This document shows positions 55,037 to 64,000 of a stretch of DNA of 64,000 nucleotides, piece by piece. This DNA comes from Gammaproteobacteria bacterium (GTDB lineage Bacteria > Pseudomonadota > Gammaproteobacteria > Francisellales > CACEW01). Below the pieces are notes generated by a model that saw only the letters and a program-made list of their open reading frames with translations, was not told the origin of the DNA and did not search any database. A program made the position numbers and the translations under genes. The stretch is from contig JAGVKT010000077.1 of the NCBI GenBank assembly GCA_020050355.1, positions 3 to 64,002 of the forward strand, written 5' to 3'. Numbering within the stretch: position 1 is the first letter of the stretch; each line of letters opens with the position of its first letter.

Positions 55037-55759
55037 TTAATCTATATTTAATATATTTTTTAACAAAACACTCGCACCCACACGAAAGGTTTTGGGCATT
55101 AAATAATCAACGCCGAAATACTCTTCAGCCATATGCATATAAAGCAATGCCTGCTCGGAAGTTTTGACACCCCCAGAAACCTTTAATCCTTTGATATCCC
55201 CTGATTTTCTTGCATGCTGCCAAAGTGCTTTGAGCATGGCATCCACGGCAGCTTCTGTAGCACCCACAGGTCCTTTGCCCGTAGAAGTTTTTAAAAAATC
55301 TGCGCCATGAACCAATAATAACTCACTAATACGAAAAATAAGCCGCACGTCTTCAAAAACCCCACTCTCTAAAATGGCTTTAACACAGCGCGATCCTGCT
55401 GTTTTTTTAACCACTTCAATCAACTCAATGCTTGAATGCATCTCTCCCTCCAACACCGCTTGATAAGGAATAACCACATCCAATTCTTCGGCACCGGCAG
55501 CAATAGCTGCTTTTACCTCAGTCACCACCTCATCAAGGCTGGCCAAACCCGAAGGAAAATTAATCACTGTCGCAAGCTTCACTCCTGAAGGACAATGGTC
55601 TTTGGCAATTTTTAAATATTGAGGATAAAGACAGATTGCAGCGACGGGCCCCAAAGACGTTTGTGCAGAAGCACACAATGCAACAATATCATAGTCCGTC
55701 TCCTGACCCGTTAATGAGGTCAAATCTATACAACGAACAATGTTTGCTGCATCCATCAT
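55037..55759 (-). CDS. deoC: Deoxyribose-phosphate aldolase
   Basis: IDLTSL, ADFLKTSTGK (Schiff-base Lys) and LKVSGGVKT motifs. Length is 240 aa. Confidence 0.9.
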   Translation of the reverse strand: MMDAANIVRCIDLTSLTGQETDYDIVALCASAQTSLGPVAAICLYPQYLKIAKDHCPSGVKLATVINFPSGLASLDEVVTEVKAAIAAGAEELDVVIPYQAVLEGEMHSSIELIEVVKKTAGSRCVKAILESGVFEDVRLIFRISELLLVHGADFLKTSTGKGPVGATEAAVDAMLKALWQHARKSGDIKGLKVSGGVKTSEQALLYMHMAEEYFGVDYLMPKTFRVGASVLLKNILNID

Positions 55760-55813
55760 ATTAATCCGGCAAAAAATTTATTGTAACAAAAAATGCAGTT
55801 GCTACAACCCAAG

Positions 55814-55992
55814 ATATACCAAACGCACTTCCAGATGCGCAGATTTTACTTGGCGTTAAGTTTTCATTGTTTGCTCTCGTAGCATAAAGGCCATGCTGTA
55901 TGGGCGTAGCATGGCTTTCGATTTTGGGACAAACAGTGAAATTTTCACGTCAATTTTTTGTATAACTTCGCATCTGGAAGTACGATGGGTAT
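55814..55992. repeat. MITE-family copy D (complete, about 179 bp, both termini present)
   Basis: The left terminus atataccaaacgcacttccagatgcg (55814-55839) and right terminus cgcatctggaagtacgatgggtat (55969-55992) are inverted repeats. The interior matches the reverse complement of copies A/B2 followed by the B1-type core. Confidence 0.8.
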
Positions 55993-56047
55993 TGCAGAAA
56001 AACTAAAACTAGTTTAATTTGAGAAAAATTCAAGTGTTCAAGAGATA

Positions 56048-57433
56048 TTGAAAACCAAAAAACCTTTAAGTGTCCTTAAATTAGCCTTAATGACCGTCAT
56101 CGCCATCGACAGCCTAAAAAATCTTCCAGCAAATGCCGAATATGGCAACAGCTTAATTTTCTTTTACTTACTGGCTTGTATCACTTTTTTTATCCCAACA
56201 GGTTTAATTGCAGCAGAATTGGCAAGTGCATGGCCTGAAACCGGCGGCATCTATATATGGGTACGCGAAGCCTTCGGCAAGAAAATTGCTTTTTTAACAG
56301 CCTGGTTACAGTGGTTATATATGATCATTTGGTACCCGACGATTCTTTCATTTTTAGCAGTCACGCTCGCATATTTAATCGGGCCAACACTCGGCAGCAA
56401 CAATATGTACGTGCTTACCGTGATTTTGATAATTTTTTGGCTAACAACCGCCATTCTATGCATGGGAATCGAAGTTTCCAGCATCATTGCCTCACTTACC
56501 GCTATTTTTGGGGTCATCATTCCTATGATATTTATTACGATATTAGGCACCATCTGGATTGTAAACGGTAATCCTTTACAAATTCACCTTACGTTTAAAG
56601 ATTTCACTATAAATTTATTTACCGAAAATAATCTACGTTTATACATTACACTTTTATTCAGCGTCATGGGCATGGAAATGATTGCCATCCATGCTGGCGA
56701 TGCAAACAATCCAACAAAAAGCTATCCGCGTGCGCTGATTTTGGCAGGAATACTTATTTTAGCAACCGTAATTCCTGCATCTTTAGCAATTGCCATTGTA
56801 GTTCCTCCCAGTAAAATTCAATTAACTAGTGGCGTAATAGAAGGCTTCGTTCTATTTTTGAGTAAATTACATCTTGAAGCATTAAAAATTCCGGTAATTA
56901 TTGCCATTATTATTGGCTGCTTTGGAATTTTCATGACCTGGCTATTGGCCGCAGCACGCTGTTTATTAGTTGCTGCCTATGATAAAAGCTTACCCACATT
57001 CATGGCAAAAACTAACAAAAAAAATATGCCGGTAAATTTATTACTGATTCAAGGCGTCATATTTAGCTTATTATGCTACGCTTTTATAGCACTGCCTTCA
57101 GTGAATACGGCGTTCTGGTTTCTAACCGTGGCCTCTGCTCAATTAGCACTAATTTATTATTTATTTTTTTTTACCGCCGCCATAAGATTACGCTACAAAA
57201 AACCTGAAATCATTAGACCATTTCGCCTTGGACAAGGTAACATCACAATGTGGACCATATGTTTAATCGGCTCGCTTTCTTGTCTTACCGCTATTGCCTT
57301 TGGATTTTTACCTCCTGCCGAAATGACAGGAGCAAGACTCTTTGGTTATGAATTTTCTCTAGTGCTACTGATTGCAATCAGCTGCGCCACAGCTTTTATC
57401 ATCTATAGAACATCTCATAAAAACAACCTATAA
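56048..57433 (+). CDS. APC-superfamily transporter (paralog 2, TTG start)
   Basis: 461 aa with the same architecture and N-terminal signature (AIDSLKNLPANAEYG..AWPETGGIYIWV) as ORF 30786-32174. Confidence 0.8.
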   Translation: MKTKKPLSVLKLALMTVIAIDSLKNLPANAEYGNSLIFFYLLACITFFIPTGLIAAELASAWPETGGIYIWVREAFGKKIAFLTAWLQWLYMIIWYPTILSFLAVTLAYLIGPTLGSNNMYVLTVILIIFWLTTAILCMGIEVSSIIASLTAIFGVIIPMIFITILGTIWIVNGNPLQIHLTFKDFTINLFTENNLRLYITLLFSVMGMEMIAIHAGDANNPTKSYPRALILAGILILATVIPASLAIAIVVPPSKIQLTSGVIEGFVLFLSKLHLEALKIPVIIAIIIGCFGIFMTWLLAAARCLLVAAYDKSLPTFMAKTNKKNMPVNLLLIQGVIFSLLCYAFIALPSVNTAFWFLTVASAQLALIYYLFFFTAAIRLRYKKPEIIRPFRLGQGNITMWTICLIGSLSCLTAIAFGFLPPAEMTGARLFGYEFSLVLLIAISCATAFIIYRTSHKNNL

Positions 57434-57442
57434 AATTATAGA

Positions 57443-58414
57443 TTATATAAATGCATCACTAGTAGCAGCCTCTGCCGTTGTCAAGGCGTCATCACCACCC
57501 ATAAATACATCAACAAAAGCACCCGCTCCAGCCATTGAATCTGCTGGACTACGAGGATTGCTATCAGCGCCGCTCGCAGCGCGCGCTTCCCTTACCAATG
57601 ATTCAGGCTCTTCAATACCACTCGCCCCAGAAGTGATCTTCAAAACCACATCAACAGAATGAATTTCTGCCATTAAACTAACAAATGCAACCGCAGCAGT
57701 TACATTTTTTTCTCGTGTTGATTTATCATAAAGCAAAGATAAACCTTCTTGAACTCTTACGGGATCAGGATCATGTGCAAGTAAATTTGCAAGATAACAT
57801 AGCGCATTGATATTACCTGCTGCTGACGCTTCACGCAGTAATTCTTCAGCACGACGGATCAACATTGTTTTATTCTCACCTACCTCAAACTCGCTTTCTC
57901 TAAAAAAAACGGCACCAAGTGTTGCCCTCGCTTCAATAATTTCTTCAGTGATTTCTGTTGGAGTTGCTCTTAAGCAAGCAAGCCAATATCCAGAAATTAT
58001 ACAGCCTTCTTGTGCTAGAATTTGCAAACGCTCAGTTAACATATATTTTTCCACTTCAGATAGCATTGCCATACTTTCTTTAGTAGTCATTTTATAATAA
58101 TTCTCCCTACCTAACACTTCACTTGCAAAAGGCATAGTATCACCATCACGAATTTTCTTAAGAAAATTTTGGGCAGCTTTAATCTCCCATCGAGCAAGCT
58201 CTTCTAGACGCGCTGTTGAACAAAAAAATTGTTCAAGATAATAACCGGTATCATCATCAACAACATGACATTCCTTATATTTCTTGAATTCAGCTTCACA
58301 GGCTTTAATCGCTTCAATATAAAGATCACAAGCACCTTCAAAATCAGTAAAACTTTCTAACATCTGGCCAAGCTTATAAGGATTGCGCCTACTTTCTCCA
58401 GCACCTGCCGCCAC
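57443..58414 (-). CDS. Hypothetical helical protein with an Ala/Gly/Ser-rich acidic C-terminal tail (orphan, GTG start)
   Basis: 323 aa. The helical body has one Sel1/TPR-like stretch (AAGNINALCYLANLLAHDPDP). The tail is GASGIEEPESLVREARAASGADSNPRSPADSMAGAGAFVDVFMGGDDALTTAEAATSDAFI. No family assigned. Confidence 0.5.
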   Translation of the reverse strand: MAAGAGESRRNPYKLGQMLESFTDFEGACDLYIEAIKACEAEFKKYKECHVVDDDTGYYLEQFFCSTARLEELARWEIKAAQNFLKKIRDGDTMPFASEVLGRENYYKMTTKESMAMLSEVEKYMLTERLQILAQEGCIISGYWLACLRATPTEITEEIIEARATLGAVFFRESEFEVGENKTMLIRRAEELLREASAAGNINALCYLANLLAHDPDPVRVQEGLSLLYDKSTREKNVTAAVAFVSLMAEIHSVDVVLKITSGASGIEEPESLVREARAASGADSNPRSPADSMAGAGAFVDVFMGGDDALTTAEAATSDAFI

Positions 58415-58688
58415 AATATAATCCTATATTTATATAATTTATTATACTTTTATTATACAATAATTTATTAAATATGTAAATATAATTAAAATAACAAATA
58501 AAGAGCAAAGATATTTGAACTAAACCCAATATTTTCTGCTTATTTTTTGACACGGAAAGCACTGTTGAAAAAACAAGAATTTTGACCAGTAAAATAATTA
58601 ATCACGACTTGAAATAAACTTGCGTTTTATAAAAAAACCAAGTAAAATCCCGCCCACTATAAAGATTATCGCTATTTTGGAGCCGATC

Positions 58689-59039
58689 ATGTCAAAGTTA
58701 ATTCAAGCTTTAGAGCACACCATGCTGCGTACAGATATCCCCGCGTTTCGCTCAGGCGATACCGTATTAGTACAAGTAAAAGTAAAAGACGGCAGCAACG
58801 AGCGTCTCCAAGGCTTTGAAGGCGTGGTCATTGCAAAACGCAATCGCGGCGTCAATTCTTCATTCACCGTACGTAAAATCTCTGATGGCGAAGGTGTTGA
58901 ACGCGTATTTCAAATGCACAGTCCGGCGATTGGTAGTGTTACTGTAAAACGCCGAGGCGATGTACGTCGTGCTAAGTTATATAACTTACGCAATCTTTCT
59001 GGTAAAGCTGCACGCATCCGCGAGCGTTTAGAAGCTTAA
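58689..59039 (+). CDS. rplS: 50S ribosomal protein L19
   Basis: [54 protein letters not shown] is canonical L19. I chose the ATG at 58689 (SD ggag at 58678-58681) over the upstream ORF-track start at 58620. Confidence 0.95.
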   Translation: MSKLIQALEHTMLRTDIPAFRSGDTVLVQVKVKDGSNERLQGFEGVVIAKRNRGVNSSFTVRKISDGEGVERVFQMHSPAIGSVTVKRRGDVRRAKLYNLRNLSGKAARIRERLEA

Positions 59040-59102
59040 GAACGCTTCAAAAAATTAATGATTTCGTCAATTTTCCCTTAAGGGGCACCTTAAAAATAGC
59101 CC

Positions 59103-59665
59103 TTAAGTTTTCGGCAAAGTAACGCCCCGCTGGCCTTGATATTTACCGCCGCGATCTTTATAAGAAGTTAAACATTCTTCATCAGATTCCAAAAACAACA
59201 TCTGTGCCACGCCTTCAAACGCATAGATTTTTGCTGGCAACGGCGTGGTATTAGAAAATTCTAAAGTCACATGCCCCTCCCACTCAGGCTCAAGCGGCGT
59301 AACATTGACGATAATTCCACAACGCGCATACGTAGACTTACCTAAACAGACCGTCAAGACATTGCGTGGTATTTTAAAATACTCTACCGTATGTGCAAGC
59401 GCAAAAGAATTAGGCGGAATGATACAAACATCGCCCTTAAAATCTACAAAATTTTTAGCATCAAAAGCTTTAGGATCCACAATTGTAGAATTAATATTAG
59501 TAAAAATTTTAAATTGGTCAGCACAACGCACATCATAACCATAACTAGAAGTGCCATAAGAAATAATCTTATTTCCTGCTACTTGGCGTACTTGGCCTGA
59601 TTCAAAAGGCTCAATCATGCCATGTTTCGCTTGTTCAATAATCCAACGATCCGATTTAATAGCCA

Positions 59666-59666
<1 letters not shown>
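59103..59666 (-). CDS. dcd: dCTP deaminase
   Basis: [10 protein letters not shown]-terminus, the GYDVR motif, and the LEFSN.TPLP and PAKIY segments. Length is 187 aa. Confidence 0.9.
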
Positions 59667-62840
<3,174 letters not shown>

Positions 62841-63868
62841 TTTGCGGCTTAGTGATTATTGGCGCTGCTACAGGTGTTGAGGTAGTTGTTGTTTGGGCCA
62901 AAGTTTTAACTGTAGGCAATACTAACAAAGGCAAATAAGCCGCCGTGGCCTCAGGATCTTTTTGATAACTAGGCAACAATGCATTAAATTCAGCGGCGTT
63001 AGTTTCAGCCTGAATAATAACACTAGCACGTTTAACATTAGCCATCTGTTGCAATGCAGCTGCCTCACGTACCGCAAGTGGGGTCATAGCGACCTTATAT
63101 GCTTCGGCATCTTTCATCATTAAATTTACTTGATTTTGCGCCCGAGTAAGCGTTTGCATAAAAGTAGTATTGAGCGCATCCGGCACGGTAATATTTTGAA
63201 CAGTGACGCTCTGCACCTGAATTCCATAATGCTGTGCATCTAAAGCAAGATGGCTCTGAATATTACTTGCAAGCACATCAACGTTGGCTTTATCTAACAA
63301 AAAATCTAAGTTTTGTTTTTGTAATACTTGTACACTCGCAGCCTGAAGATAGGCTTGCAATACTGCAGATAAATTTTGACTACTAAAAACATAAGTGCGC
63401 GGATCTGTAATTTGATAGTTCAGAAGAATATTTGCACTTACCAAATTCTGATCTTGCGTCAACATTAAGCCCGAAACAGCTACTTGCTGAGCATCAACCA
63501 AATCGACATTTAAGTGATGATCAACAAAAGGAATGGTCCAATGCGTACCTGAAAGCAAAGTTTCTTGATAAACACCCAAACGCGTTACCACCACCGCCAT
63601 ACCCGGCTTCACCGTGATAATCCCTGAAAGCAAGATCGAAACAGCAACTACAAAAGGAATGACACCCCACCAACCCCAGGTATTATCTTCATTAGTGGGA
63701 GGCTGCAAATCTTTTAAGGTAGGACGACGCTGAAATTTAAGCTTAGAAAAAATTTTTCTAAACCAAGCTTCTAAATCCGGAGGACCTGCATGAGCATGAC
63801 CAATAGGTAACATAGGTAAATTTGTTATTTATAGCAGGCTACATTTTAAATGCTTTAGGTGTTTTTGT

Positions 63869-63940
63869 CATTAAAATTTCACTGTTTATTCCAAAAGTGA
63901 ATGCCATGCCGTAGGGGCGTAGCTTGCTACGCTACTGTCC
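63869..63940. repeat. MITE-family fragment E
   Basis: cattaaaatttcactgtttattccaaaagtgaatgccatgccgtaggggcgtagcttgctacgc is a diverged copy of the B1-type core, upstream of hflK. Confidence 0.6.
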
Positions 63941-64000
63941 GGAGAAAATAGCACAAAGTGACAGGTGCTAAGCACATTAATGCGCTCCGCGCCACCTTCT

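Overview
The window reads as a compact, AT-rich (roughly 40% GC by eye) gammaproteobacterial chromosome segment. I could not run any searches. Gene content suggests a Legionellales/Coxiellaceae-like intracellular organism: a 1603-aa NAD-glutamate dehydrogenase, a PPi-type PFK, a DUF1640 protein, an ankyrin protein and a DciA-like protein. That placement is inference only. Most of the 64 kb is housekeeping and can be called from the translations: aceE, rmuC, secA, ftsW, ligA, a yfhL-like ferredoxin, coaD, pcnB, dksA, glyS/glyQ, secB, rimM, rpsP, ndk, rlmN, a purine nucleoside phosphorylase, two APC transporters, a porin-like OMP, an MFS transporter, minC, nadE, parC, gdhB, the metY-rimP-nusA-infB-rbfA operon, pckA, pfp, deoC, rplS, dcd, apbC/mrp, purA and hflKC. 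I hand-folded three tRNAs: Asp-GTC, elongator Met-CAT and initiator fMet-CAT. Non-housekeeping content: (1) A two-gene operon at 6689-11545 lies directly after an orphan aceE. Its proteins carry a repeat module of about 100-120 aa that I cannot assign to any family, present seven times in the 931-aa protein and once in the 635-aa protein, plus GC-rich Ala/Pro low-complexity tracts. This is my best candidate for an undescribed system. (2) A decayed islet of about 3.5 kb sits at tRNA-Asp. It is bounded by a 19-bp direct repeat of the tRNA 3' end, carries an intact Fic enzyme divergent from a two-gene membrane-protein operon, has no integrase, and abuts an IS3 remnant. (3) A family of palindromic MITE-like intergenic repeats has at least 7 copies or fragments. 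Some sit at apparent operon breakpoints, and one lies directly upstream of secA. (4) Several orphan genes are inserted between housekeeping genes: an ankyrin protein, a multi-TM protein with an Ala-rich tail, and others. These are plausible secreted or host-interaction proteins. All motif coordinates were counted by hand and may be off by a base or two.
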